59,143 bases of DNA from Treponema sp. (GTDB lineage: Bacteria; Spirochaetota; Spirochaetia; Treponematales; Breznakiellaceae). The DNA lies in NCBI GenBank assembly GCA_031279205.1, contig JAITIX010000100.1:1-59143 (forward strand), read 5' to 3'. The notes beneath the pieces were generated by a model, which was not told the DNA's origin, did not search any database, and saw only the letters and a program-made list of their open reading frames with translations. Shown piece after piece: positions 44,060 to 53,406 of the stretch. Each line of letters begins with the position of its first letter. Positions within the stretch are counted from its first letter, which is position 1. The translations under genes were made by a program, and so were the position numbers.

Positions 44060-45607
44060 CTAATTACTCAAAATATGACGCATGATCTCTTCCTGCGTCG
44101 CGGTTTTGCCCGGAAGCTCGGCGGTGATGCGCCCCTCGCTCATCACGTAGATTCGGTCGCTCATGCCGATAATCTCCGACATCTCGCTAGAAATGAGTAT
44201 GCACGCCATGCCCTGAGCCGCTAGGTCGTTGATGATCGTGTATATCTCGTGTTTCGCGCCAACATCTATGCCCCGCGTAGGCTCGTCCAGTATGAGGATA
44301 CGGGGGTCGGAGAAAAGCCACTTTGCCAGCGCCACCTTCTGCTGGTTGCCGCCTGAAAGATTGCCAGCCAACTGCAAGATTGACGGGGTTTTGGTATTCA
44401 GCTTCCTGCGGTACTCCTCCGCCGCCATGATCTCCTCATGCTCGTTTACCACGCTGTTCTTCGCAATCTTCTTCAGCTTCGACATGGTGGTGTTTTCTTT
44501 GATGGTCTCAATCAGCACCAGACCAAGTTCCTTGCGGTCTTCGGTTACATAGGCGATGCCATAGTCAATGGCCATGGGGATTGTGTTGAGGTCAACTTCC
44601 TCGCCGTCAATAAATGTTTTGCCGCTGATGTTCACGCCGTAATACTTGCCGAAGATGCTGGTGGCCAATTCCGTGCGTCCCGCACCCACCAGGCCTGCCA
44701 GCCCTATCACTTCCCCGGCGCGAACACTGATATTCACCTTGTCGAGCTTCTTTCGCTCAGGAGCGTCCGGGTTATAGACCGTCCAGTCCTTCACCTCGAA
44801 AACCACATTGCCTATAGGGTTGCTGCGTTTGGGGAAACGGTCGGTAATCTCCCTGCCCACCATGCCCTTGATGATACGGTCTTCTTTGATGGACGCCGCG
44901 CCGTCTGAACTGCGCTCTACCCTCAGGGTTTCTATAGTCTTGCCATCCCGAAGTATGGTGATAGTATCCGCCACAGATGCCACTTCGTTCAGCTTGTGGG
45001 AGATCAGCACAGAGGAAATGTTACTCTTGTCCCGAAGTTCCCGAAGGATTTGCAAGAGATGCTCGCTGTCGTTCTCGTTCAACGATGAGGTAGGCTCGTC
45101 CAGAATGAGCACCTTAGCGTCTTTAGCAAGGGCTTTGGCGATTTCCACCATCTGTTGCTTACCCACACCCAGCTTGTTCACTGGCGTATTGGGATTTTCG
45201 TTCAGCCCCAGTTTTTTCATATATACAAGCGCGTCATCACGTGTCTTATCCCAGTTGATGATGTTGTACTTTGCCCGCTCATCACCGATGAACATATTTT
45301 CAGCGATAGAGAGGTAAGGGCTTAAGGTTAGTTCCTGATGAATGATGACAATGCCGGCTTTTTCACTCTGCTTGATGTCGATAAAGGCGCACGGAGTCCC
45401 CTTAAATACAATCTCCCCCTGATAAGCGCCGTAAGGATAGACTCCTGACAGGATGTTCATCAGAGTCGATTTCCCCGCGCCGTTCTCACCCACCAGAGCG
45501 TGTATCTCGCGCTCCTTTACCTGAAGATTAACGTTGTCAAGGGCTTTGACCCCAGGAAAAGTCTTTGTGATGTTCTTCATTTCCAGCAATACAGCCGACT
45601 CTGACAT
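44060..45607 (-). CDS. Sugar ABC transporter ATPase with duplicated ABC domains (GguA/MglA-like)
   Basis: 515 aa with GENGAGKST, LILDEPTSSL, a second signature LSGGNQQKV and LILDEPTRGID. Confidence 0.85.
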   Translation of the reverse strand: MSESAVLLEMKNITKTFPGVKALDNVNLQVKEREIHALVGENGAGKSTLMNILSGVYPYGAYQGEIVFKGTPCAFIDIKQSEKAGIVIIHQELTLSPYLSIAENMFIGDERAKYNIINWDKTRDDALVYMKKLGLNENPNTPVNKLGVGKQQMVEIAKALAKDAKVLILDEPTSSLNENDSEHLLQILRELRDKSNISSVLISHKLNEVASVADTITILRDGKTIETLRVERSSDGAASIKEDRIIKGMVGREITDRFPKRSNPIGNVVFEVKDWTVYNPDAPERKKLDKVNISVRAGEVIGLAGLVGAGRTELATSIFGKYYGVNISGKTFIDGEEVDLNTIPMAIDYGIAYVTEDRKELGLVLIETIKENTTMSKLKKIAKNSVVNEHEEIMAAEEYRRKLNTKTPSILQLAGNLSGGNQQKVALAKWLFSDPRILILDEPTRGIDVGAKHEIYTIINDLAAQGMACILISSEMSEIIGMSDRIYVMSEGRITAELPGKTATQEEIMRHILSN

Positions 45608-45695
45608 AGGATAAATCCTTTTAAACAGCGTGATTAGTGGATAGCTGAAGCCTACTCAAAGATAACTAACAAAAAACTAACCACTAATCACTCAA

Positions 45696-46805
45696 TTACA
45701 GCCCAAGTTCCGCTGCGGTGTGATAACCAGTATCGACTACGGCTGATATAAGATTCTCCTTCGTAACAATAACCGAATCAAGCAACAGAGATGGAACAAT
45801 CTTTGAGCCGTTGTGATAGCTTGATGTATCAAGACCAGTAGGCGTCTCGCCGTTGAGGATGGTGTCCACCAGAATAACAGTGGCCGCGCCGAGTGAACGA
45901 GTGTCTTTCAGTACTGTGGCGTACTGCTCGCCAGCGAGAATGGACTTGCAGGAGGCGATGATGCAGTCCTGACCGCCCACCACAGGCAGGGGTTTATCGG
46001 CAGTGCCATAACCCACGGCTTTGCACGCTTCAAGACAGGACAGGCTGATGGGGTCATAGGGGCTGAGGATGCCGTCAAGCGTCTGGCTGGTATAATAGGC
46101 TGAAAGCAGGTTTTCCATGCGCTTCATGGCTTCTGCGGCGTCCCAGCGGAGAGTACCAACCACATCACGACCCTGCTGACCAGAACCGATCAGGAGTGTG
46201 CCATTGTCAAAGTAGGGTTTTAGCTTATCCATAGCGCCGTCATAGAACCCCACCGAGTTGTTGTCGTCCGGCGAACCAGCGAACAGCTCAATAATGAGGG
46301 GCTTTTTGGCGGGTGAATCAAGATTCATACCTTTGATAAGGATGTCGCCCATCTGCTGACCCACTTTATAGTTGTCAAAGGACACGTAGTAGTCCACATT
46401 AGGAGACCGCATCAGCAAACGGTCGTAGGAGATGACAGGAATCTTTGCGGCTGCGGCCTCAGCAAGCCCGTTAGACAGGGACGAACCGTCGATAGACGCG
46501 ATCACCAGCGCCTTAGCGCCCTTGGTGATCAGGTCTTCAAGCTGCCTCACCTGCGTGGGTATATCGTCATCTGCATACTGGAGTTCCACGGTATACCCCA
46601 GTTGCTCCAGGCCAGCCTTGACGGCATCGCCGTCCTTGATCCAGCGCTCCTCTGAGCGCGTCGGCATCAAGACGCCAACGAGTCCCTTGCCTGCCGAAGC
46701 AGTCGTTCCACCTGATGTTCCGCCAGACTGCCGACCGCCGCCCGCGAAAACGCTTCCAACTGCCAGAACAAGCCCCAAACCAATGGCTGCGATTTTCTTA
46801 TACAT
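45696..46805 (-). CDS. Periplasmic sugar-binding lipoprotein/SBP (ChvE-like, Peripla_BP family)
   Basis: It starts at ATG 46805, 5 nt after GGAGG. It has a signal peptide and a Gly-rich linker, then VGVLMPTRSEERWIKDG...ALVIASIDG. Confidence 0.8.
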   Translation of the reverse strand: MYKKIAAIGLGLVLAVGSVFAGGGRQSGGTSGGTTASAGKGLVGVLMPTRSEERWIKDGDAVKAGLEQLGYTVELQYADDDIPTQVRQLEDLITKGAKALVIASIDGSSLSNGLAEAAAAKIPVISYDRLLMRSPNVDYYVSFDNYKVGQQMGDILIKGMNLDSPAKKPLIIELFAGSPDDNNSVGFYDGAMDKLKPYFDNGTLLIGSGQQGRDVVGTLRWDAAEAMKRMENLLSAYYTSQTLDGILSPYDPISLSCLEACKAVGYGTADKPLPVVGGQDCIIASCKSILAGEQYATVLKDTRSLGAATVILVDTILNGETPTGLDTSSYHNGSKIVPSLLLDSVIVTKENLISAVVDTGYHTAAELGL

Positions 46806-46828
46806 ACATTCCTCCAAAATAAAAAATT

Positions 46829-46864
46829 GAGTATACGTTCACGTTCCTAGGTGAACGTATACTC
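46829..46864. promoter_or_regulatory. Perfect inverted repeat (14-bp arms, 8-nt spacer) just upstream of the sugar ABC operon; operator candidate
   Basis: GAGTATACGTTCAC-gttcctag-GTGAACGTATACTC lies 24 nt upstream of the SBP start codon. Confidence 0.55.
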
Positions 46865-47265
46865 AGCTTATCATGGAAATTTCACCTGTCAAGCATTTTC
46901 TTTTGCTTAGTTTTTCTCATTTATTGCTTCTATTTGACACACGTACCCAACCGGGACTGTTCCCGCGGGACGTTTTCCTGATATACAACGTCTAGGGGAT
47001 AGATGGGGCTTATAGCCTGTTCCAGCACTATCTAGCGGTACTTCTACGAGCAGTAGAAGTATCCTGAAAAAAAGATAAACCAGAATATCCCGTAGGAATC
47101 CCAATCGTAGCAATGAACACCAATGTGTTTTGGGAGGAATGGAGAAGTGCCGCGAAGCAGGGATGAACGATCACATAGGGAACTCTGGATTTTGACAATG
47201 TGTTGTCAAAACTGCATAAATACTTGGGAACTGATCGATAAAGTCTGCTTAGGTGAACTACCCCA

Positions 47266-47332
47266 CAACAACTCAGGGTTCCGGGCTATCACTTCCAGTT
47301 TCGTCTGCGCCAGCAGGATCGCCTTGTCCATC
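47266..47332 (-). pseudogene. 67-bp duplicate of an internal segment of the adjacent Rpn gene (a remnant or recombination scar)
   Basis: 47266-47332 matches 47634-47700 with a single mismatch. The segment encodes MDKAILLAQTKLEVIARNPELL. The copy abuts, and overlaps by 2 nt, the stop codon of the intact gene. Confidence 0.8.
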
Positions 47333-48305
47333 ACAGTTGCGCTATATCCTTAACAGAAAGCCCGGTCGCCTGGGCTATTTGCTCAACTGCTACACCTAGT
47401 TTCTTGAGATTCCGGGCGATCTCCCGCTGTTCCTCCTTCCTGCCTTCCTGCATACCTGCCTTCCTGCCTTCCTGCATACCTGCCTTCCTGCCTTCCTGTA
47501 TGCCTTTCTGCATACCTTCCTGTATGCCTTCCTTCCTGCCTTCCTGTATGCCTTTCTGCATACCTTCCCGCCGGGCTCCATTGATACTGCTGGTCCAGTC
47601 AGAGGCAGCCTTCTCATACCGCTCGTAGGCACGCAACAACTCAGGATTCCGGGCTATCACTTCCAGTTTCGTCTGCGCCAGCAGGATCGCCTTGTCCATC
47701 TTTACTACCTCCTCTACCAGTTCCGGCGAACTGTTGTCGTCAAAGTACGCAAGCCAGCGATGCAACGGATTCTTCAGGCTAAAGTCCTTTCCCTCTCTCC
47801 GGTATCGCCGAAACTTTACCATGTCCAGAAAGTGCAGCTCGCACACGTCCGTCAGCAAAAAGTCCTTCTGATGATCTTCCCACAGGTGAAAAGTCGCATG
47901 GAAGTCTTGCACTTTCAAAAGACACTCAAAACCAGTGATGTTGATCGTTATTACCGGAAGCAGGTCCCGGTAATCGTCCCCAGACCGAAAATTACGAACA
48001 TACCGTGAAGCCCAGTAAAACAGAGTGCGCTTCTCCATGTTGTATTCATTCTTCAGTTGCACTTCCACGTTGACCCAACGGCGGTCTGCCAACTGCGCCA
48101 GTACGTCCAGCCTCCCCAGCTTGCCCCCCACGACATCCGGGGACAGGTCCTTGTCCTGAAGTATCCTCACGCCAGTCAGCTTGCCCGTTCCGGTTGGGCT
48201 GAGGACGGCGTTCAAAAAAGCTAGAAGCTGTTTCTCATCCCCCTTCTCGCCCATGACCTTTTGAAAGGCGAAGTCGTTCAGGGGTTTTAAGCGTTTGACG
48301 GGCAT
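47331..48305 (-). CDS. Rpn-family recombination-promoting nuclease / 'putative transposase' (PD-(D/E)XK)
   Basis: It starts at MPVKRLKPLNDFAFQKVMGEKGDE (ATG 48305). GRLDVLAQL...VNVEVQLKN is the nuclease core. The C-terminus carries imperfect 8-aa repeats (GMQEGRKA/GIQEGRKE) and then a helix-turn-helix-like tail. Confidence 0.8.
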   Translation of the reverse strand: MPVKRLKPLNDFAFQKVMGEKGDEKQLLAFLNAVLSPTGTGKLTGVRILQDKDLSPDVVGGKLGRLDVLAQLADRRWVNVEVQLKNEYNMEKRTLFYWASRYVRNFRSGDDYRDLLPVITINITGFECLLKVQDFHATFHLWEDHQKDFLLTDVCELHFLDMVKFRRYRREGKDFSLKNPLHRWLAYFDDNSSPELVEEVVKMDKAILLAQTKLEVIARNPELLRAYERYEKAASDWTSSINGARREGMQKGIQEGRKEGIQEGMQKGIQEGRKAGMQEGRKAGMQEGRKEEQREIARNLKKLGVAVEQIAQATGLSVKDIAQL

Positions 48306-48535
48306 AATGTCTTTCCTTCTGTAGAGATGCTCGAAAGTGTAGTGCCTTTTGGGGCAACAGGCAACCCGTGCATCGGGGATAAGTATCAGCCTCGCACACC
48401 TGCGCCAGACTCCCAGCGCCAGTCGCCGTCCCCACACGCCTCAGTGCCAGACAGCCCATCGGCAGAATGCTTTGATCAACCGGCAGAACACTTTTTAATC
48501 GAACTCATGTTAAAATATCTTCAGAGTAGATAAAA

Positions 48536-48577
48536 CGCTGATCCGCGCGGCGGGATTTGCCCCACGGCGGATCAGCG
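48536..48577 (-). terminator. Rho-independent terminator of the hydrogenase operon
   Basis: CGCTGATCCGC...GCGGATCAGCG forms an 11-bp stem beginning 8 nt after the hydA stop. On the minus strand it is followed by UUUUAUC. Confidence 0.6.
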
Positions 48578-48584
48578 GGGTTCG

Positions 48585-50336
48585 TTATTTCAGGTAGAGC
48601 GGGCGCTCCACATACTTCGTGTGCAGTAGCTCGTGCGCTTTGTGTCCATTCGGCTCGCCAAGGAATTCCTTGTATACCTGCTGGATAAAGGGGTTCTGGT
48701 GCGAACAGCGGTACTGGGACTGGGCATCGTCGGTGTAGAGACCAGCGGCGCGTTTGGCGCGGATTTCGTCAACGCAGCCGTAGGGTTGACCGCCGCCAGC
48801 GACACAACCGCCGCGGCAGGCCATCACCTCGACAAAGTGGTAGGGCGGCTCTTTGCCTGCCTTACGCGCGTCGATGATTTCATCCAGCACTGTAGCGATA
48901 TTGCCCATCTGATGGGCAACGGCTATGCGGAGTTTCTTGCCGTTGATGTCGATCTCAGTGGACTTGACGCCCTCAAGACCGCGCACTGGGTTCAGGTTCA
49001 CGTCGCCGAGTTCCTGTTTGGTGATGAGGTAGTAGGCGCTGCGAACAGCCGCTTCCATCACGCCGCCAGTTGCACCGAAGATTGTGCCTGCGCCGGTATA
49101 GGGACCGAGTGGGTTGTCGGCTTCTTCGTCTGGCAGGTCGAGTATCTGAATGCCGGCCTGCTTGATCATGCGGGCAAGTTCACGGGTTGTGATAGAAATG
49201 TCCACATCGTAGCCATAGCCTGCGCTCTTCATGTCGTCGTTGCGCCGGGTTTCCCACTTTTTGGCGGTGCAGGGCATCACTGACACTGAGTAGACCTTCG
49301 CCGGGTCTACGCCTGCTTTCTGCGCCCAATACGCCTTGATCATCGCGCCCATTATCTGCTGGGGCGACTTTGCAGTGGAGAAGTAGGGGATCATGTCTGT
49401 GTAATACTTCTCCATATAGTCAACCCACGCGGGGCAGCAACTGGTGATGAGCGGCAGATTGCCGCCTTCGCTGAGTCGTTTTACCAGTTCCGTGCCTTCT
49501 TCTATTATAGTGAGGTCTGCGGAGAAGTTGGTGTCAAACACGGTTTTGAAACCGAGGCGACGGAGCGCGGCGTAGATTTTCTTGGTAACAAGCGTCCCAG
49601 GTTCCAGACCGAATTCTTCGGCAAGTGCGACGCGCACTGCGGGCGCGATTTGCACCACTGTATGCGTGTCAGGTTTTTGGAGTGCGTTCCAGACGTTGAC
49701 GGTGTCGTCGCGCTCGTAGATGGCACCGACTGGACAATGAGCGGCGCATTGACCGCACTTGATGCAGGGGCTGTCGCCGAATGCGATGTCTGCGGCGCTG
49801 GCTATGCGTCCGCTGAAGCCGCGTCCGAGGAATTCGAGCGCCCACACGTTTTGTACGGATTGACAGACCTTTACGCAGCGACCGCAACGCACGCACTTTT
49901 CAGGGTTAAGCACGATGGCGGGGTTAGTGTCATCAACGGGAAGCTGGTTAAGCAGTTTAGTGAAGGGGCTTTCGCGGATGCCAAACTCTTCAGCCAGGGT
50001 TTGCAGTTCGCAACTGCCATTGCGGGGACACTGGAGGCAGTCGTTTGGGTGGTTTGACAGGATGAGTTCAACCACGGTGCGACGAACTGCGATGAGTTCA
50101 GGGTCGTGGGTAACGATATCCATGTTTTCCGCGACAGCGGTGGTGCAGGCTCGTGCCATGCGCGGGCTGCCTGGGCCAGCGGTTCTGACGATGCAGAGTC
50201 CACAGGAACCCCATGGTGGAAGGTCAGGGTTGTAGCAGAGGGTCGGAATCTTGATGTTGACCTTCTCCGCTGCCTCAAGGATCGAGGTTCCTTCCTCGAC
50301 TTGAAGCGCTATGCCGTTTATCTTGCAATTTACCAT
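48585..50336 (-). CDS. hydA: [FeFe] hydrogenase catalytic subunit (HydA/HndD type)
   Basis: It has an N-terminal 2Fe-2S ferredoxin-like domain and Fe-S cluster Cys motifs. The H-cluster signatures TSCCPAW, MPCTAKK and EVMACRGGCVAGGGQP are present. Confidence 0.9.
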   Translation of the reverse strand: MVNCKINGIALQVEEGTSILEAAEKVNIKIPTLCYNPDLPPWGSCGLCIVRTAGPGSPRMARACTTAVAENMDIVTHDPELIAVRRTVVELILSNHPNDCLQCPRNGSCELQTLAEEFGIRESPFTKLLNQLPVDDTNPAIVLNPEKCVRCGRCVKVCQSVQNVWALEFLGRGFSGRIASAADIAFGDSPCIKCGQCAAHCPVGAIYERDDTVNVWNALQKPDTHTVVQIAPAVRVALAEEFGLEPGTLVTKKIYAALRRLGFKTVFDTNFSADLTIIEEGTELVKRLSEGGNLPLITSCCPAWVDYMEKYYTDMIPYFSTAKSPQQIMGAMIKAYWAQKAGVDPAKVYSVSVMPCTAKKWETRRNDDMKSAGYGYDVDISITTRELARMIKQAGIQILDLPDEEADNPLGPYTGAGTIFGATGGVMEAAVRSAYYLITKQELGDVNLNPVRGLEGVKSTEIDINGKKLRIAVAHQMGNIATVLDEIIDARKAGKEPPYHFVEVMACRGGCVAGGGQPYGCVDEIRAKRAAGLYTDDAQSQYRCSHQNPFIQQVYKEFLGEPNGHKAHELLHTKYVERPLYLK

Positions 50337-50348
50337 AGTCTTTTCTCC

Positions 50349-52223
50349 TTACGCCTTGGCAATGGCGCCGAATTTACAATTTCTGAAACATTCGCCGCAC
50401 TTGATACACTTGCTCTGTTCAATGACGTGGAATTTCCTCACCTCGCCAGAGATACAGTTGACAGGGCAGCGTTTGGCGCAGAGCGTACAGCCCTTACACT
50501 TGTCCGCGACGATCTTGTAACGCAGGAGCTTCTTACACTTGCCTGCGCGACATTTTTTGTCGTGGATATGCTCAAGGTACTCGTCTCTGAAGTTCTTCAC
50601 GGTGGACAAGGTGGGATTTGCCGCTGTGGAACCGAGCGCGCAGAGCGACGCTTTGGTCATGGCTTTGCCGATGGCTTCCAGTTTTTCGAGGTCAGCCTCT
50701 TCGCCTTTCCCTGTGGTGATCTTGTCGAGGATCGTCAGTATCTGGCTGGTACCAATGCGGCAGGGAGAACACTTGCCGCAGGACTCGTCGACGCAGAAGT
50801 CCATGTAGAAGCGTGCCACGTCTACCACGCAGTCGTCTTCGTCCATAACGATCATGCCGCCTGATCCCATCATGGAACCCATGAGGGCGAGTTGCTTGAA
50901 GTCAATGGGTGTATCCAGCGCCTCGTCGGTCAGGATACCGCCAGAGGGTCCGCCGGTCTGGACACCTTTGAACTTTTTGCCATTTTTGATGCCGCCGCCA
51001 ATGTCAAAGACGATTTCGCGCAGGGTTGTACCCATTGGTACCTCGACGAGGCCTGAGTTTTGCACCTTGCCGGTGAGCGCGAAAACCTTTGTGCCTTTGG
51101 AATCCTCCGTTCCCATTGAGGAGAACCACGCGCCGCCTTTGGTGAGTATCGCGGGGATGTTCGCGTAGGTTTCGACGTTGTTGATGACGGTGGGCTTGCT
51201 CCAGAGGCCTGAAAAGGCCGGGAATGGTGGCTTGGGTGTGGGCATACCGCGCTGGCCTTCGACTGAGCGCATGAGCGCTGTTTCCTCGCCGCAGACAAAC
51301 GCGCCCGCGCCAAGGCGAATCTCAATGTCAAAGTCAAAGCCTGAACCCAGGATGTCCTTACCGAGCAGGCCGTATTCTTTTGCCTGCTTCAGAGCGATTT
51401 CAAGGCGATGTACTGCCAGCGGGTATTCCGCACGGATATACACAAAGCCTTGGTTAGCGCCGATGGTTTTGCCGCAGATGGTCATGGCCTCGATGACGGA
51501 GTGAGGATCGCCCTCAATGGTGGAGCGGTCCATGTACGCGCCCGGATCGCCTTCGTCGGCGTTACAGACCACGTACTTCACGTCGTTTTTGACTTTGCGG
51601 GTTGTATCCCACTTCATCCATGTGGGGAAACCTGCACCGCCGCGTCCGCGAAGGCCTGATGCTTTCAGCTCATTGACGATGTACTCTGGCTGCCATTCAA
51701 AGAGCGCCTTTTCAAGGCTCTCGTAGCCACCGTCGTGAGCAATGTACTCATGGATGTCCTCTGGATTAAGCACACCGCAGTTCCGCAGAACCACGCGCAC
51801 TTGTTTTTGGTAAAAGCCGATAGGCGGCAGGTCTGCGAGCGCAGAGCCGCTGGTCGTGGCGGTGTTTCCCTGGGCGTCTTTATACATAAGGCGGGTGAGT
51901 TCTTTTCCGCCAATAATCTGTTCGGCGATGATGTCCTTAGCGTCTTCAGGTTTTACATCGACGTAAAACGAGTTTTCTGGCAGGACTTTGACGATGGGTC
52001 CCTTCTCGCAGAACCCGAAGCAGCCGGTTTTGATGACCTGTACCTTGTCGGCCACACCTTGTTTTTTTGCTTCTTCGATAAGCTCCTCGTAAATCTCGAC
52101 GCCTTTGTTTGACTGACAGGCGGTTCCGCCGCATGTCATAATGTAATGGCGACCGGGTTTTCTGAAAACAGCGCTTTGAGCTTCACGCAGTTGATGCAGT
52201 CCCTCTCTGGTCAGTTTTGCCAT
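50349..52223 (-). CDS. hydB: NuoF-like NAD(P)H/FMN flavoprotein subunit of a multimeric [FeFe] hydrogenase (HydB/HndC)
   Basis: 624 aa with an N-terminal thioredoxin-like 2Fe-2S module, a GRGGAGFPT NuoF core, and C-terminal CKGCTLCAKRCP and CIKCGECFRNC ferredoxin motifs. Confidence 0.9.
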   Translation of the reverse strand: MAKLTREGLHQLREAQSAVFRKPGRHYIMTCGGTACQSNKGVEIYEELIEEAKKQGVADKVQVIKTGCFGFCEKGPIVKVLPENSFYVDVKPEDAKDIIAEQIIGGKELTRLMYKDAQGNTATTSGSALADLPPIGFYQKQVRVVLRNCGVLNPEDIHEYIAHDGGYESLEKALFEWQPEYIVNELKASGLRGRGGAGFPTWMKWDTTRKVKNDVKYVVCNADEGDPGAYMDRSTIEGDPHSVIEAMTICGKTIGANQGFVYIRAEYPLAVHRLEIALKQAKEYGLLGKDILGSGFDFDIEIRLGAGAFVCGEETALMRSVEGQRGMPTPKPPFPAFSGLWSKPTVINNVETYANIPAILTKGGAWFSSMGTEDSKGTKVFALTGKVQNSGLVEVPMGTTLREIVFDIGGGIKNGKKFKGVQTGGPSGGILTDEALDTPIDFKQLALMGSMMGSGGMIVMDEDDCVVDVARFYMDFCVDESCGKCSPCRIGTSQILTILDKITTGKGEEADLEKLEAIGKAMTKASLCALGSTAANPTLSTVKNFRDEYLEHIHDKKCRAGKCKKLLRYKIVADKCKGCTLCAKRCPVNCISGEVRKFHVIEQSKCIKCGECFRNCKFGAIAKA

Positions 52224-52235
52224 TATGTACCTCCT

Positions 52236-52718
52236 TTATGTGTATTTTTTGAAGATTTCGGGAAGGTGAGATTTGGTTAGTTTCCCGTAAGTCTCGTTCC
52301 CGATGGTTATAACCGGTGCCAGGCCGCAACAGCCCACGCACCGTACCGGGTCTACGGAGAAAAGCCCGTCAGCGGTAACCTCGTTTTCCTTGATCTTGAG
52401 CAGTTCGCGTGCTTCTTCAATGAGATCGCCGCCACCTTTGAGGTAGCAGGCGGTTCCGAGGCACACGGAAACTTTGTGTTTACCTGGCTTTGTTGTTTTG
52501 AAAAAGTGGTAAAACGTAACCACGCCGTAGATGCGAGCCAGCGGGATTCCGGTGAGTACGGCGAGTTTCTCCGCCGCCTGCCGCGAGATGAAGCCATAGG
52601 TCTCCTGGGTTTTGTGCAGCATCATGATGAGGCTGCCAGGTTTGACCTTCCATTCGTCGATGAACGCCAGCAGTTCCGGCGGGAATTCAAAGGCTTCCCC
52701 GCCTTGCGTCTGTGTCAT
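52236..52718 (-). CDS. hydC: NuoE-like [2Fe-2S] subunit of the hydrogenase (HydC/HndA)
   Basis: It starts at MTQTQGGEAFEF (ATG 52718, GGAGG RBS). Its Cys ligands are CLGTACYLKG and CVGCCGLAP. Confidence 0.85.
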   Translation of the reverse strand: MTQTQGGEAFEFPPELLAFIDEWKVKPGSLIMMLHKTQETYGFISRQAAEKLAVLTGIPLARIYGVVTFYHFFKTTKPGKHKVSVCLGTACYLKGGGDLIEEARELLKIKENEVTADGLFSVDPVRCVGCCGLAPVITIGNETYGKLTKSHLPEIFKKYT

Positions 52719-52894
52719 AGTAGTACCTCCATTTGTATTGGATAAGATTTGTCTTATAAAAGATTCCCATAATTTATCTTTATTAAGCAATTTACACAAG
52801 CTCTTTCTATAATTAGCCTTGAAATGGCTTGACAATGTTGGGAGGTTTCGGATAACGTGCAAACGATAGTCGGAGATTCATTGAGGCAACAAAG

Positions 52895-52917
52895 GGTCGT
52901 TCGGCGACCTTTTTTTA
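52895..52917 (+). terminator. Weak-stem, long-U-tract hairpin in the rimP-nusA leader (attenuator candidate)
   Basis: GGTCG-ttcgg-CGACC is followed by T7. It ends about 20 nt before the rimP ATG, and no upstream plus-strand gene exists for it to terminate. Confidence 0.45.
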
Positions 52918-52937
52918 TTATCACTGAAAGGAAGTGT

Positions 52938-53390
52938 ATGCGATTTACCCCAAGAGAAGTGGACCCCTTGTTTGACTCGGTTGAGGCAGTAACGCACGGG
53001 CTGGGCTTATCCCTTATTGAGCTGTCCGTGTCTCGGCACAAGGGGAGTGTGCAGGTTAGAGCTACGGTTTATAAAGCGGGAAGAGTGGGGCTTGAAGACT
53101 GTTCGCGGGCGCATCGTGCGATGTTACCCCGTCTGGAACTGGCCTTTCCTGATGCGGAACTCTTTGTAGAGGTTTCGTCGCCTGGCATTGATCGCACTAT
53201 CAAGGATGCTTCTGAGTTTGCGTATTACAAGGGGCGCTGGGTGAAGTGTTATAGGACTGATATTTCCGAATGGTCGCGAGGCGTTCTTGTTGATGCTGAC
53301 GAAAAGCGTTTGGTGTTGAGCGCCGATGGAAAAGCCAGCGATATACCATATAGTGTTATCGCTAAGGCGAAGTTGGATTGGGAGGTGTAA
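52938..53390 (+). CDS. rimP: Ribosome maturation factor RimP
   Basis: 150 aa from ATG 52938, with LIELSVSRHKGSVQVRATV and EVSSPGIDR. It occupies the conserved position before nusA. Confidence 0.8.
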   Translation: MRFTPREVDPLFDSVEAVTHGLGLSLIELSVSRHKGSVQVRATVYKAGRVGLEDCSRAHRAMLPRLELAFPDAELFVEVSSPGIDRTIKDASEFAYYKGRWVKCYRTDISEWSRGVLVDADEKRLVLSADGKASDIPYSVIAKAKLDWEV

Positions 53391-53406
53391 GTTTGTGGCA
53401 ATCAAT

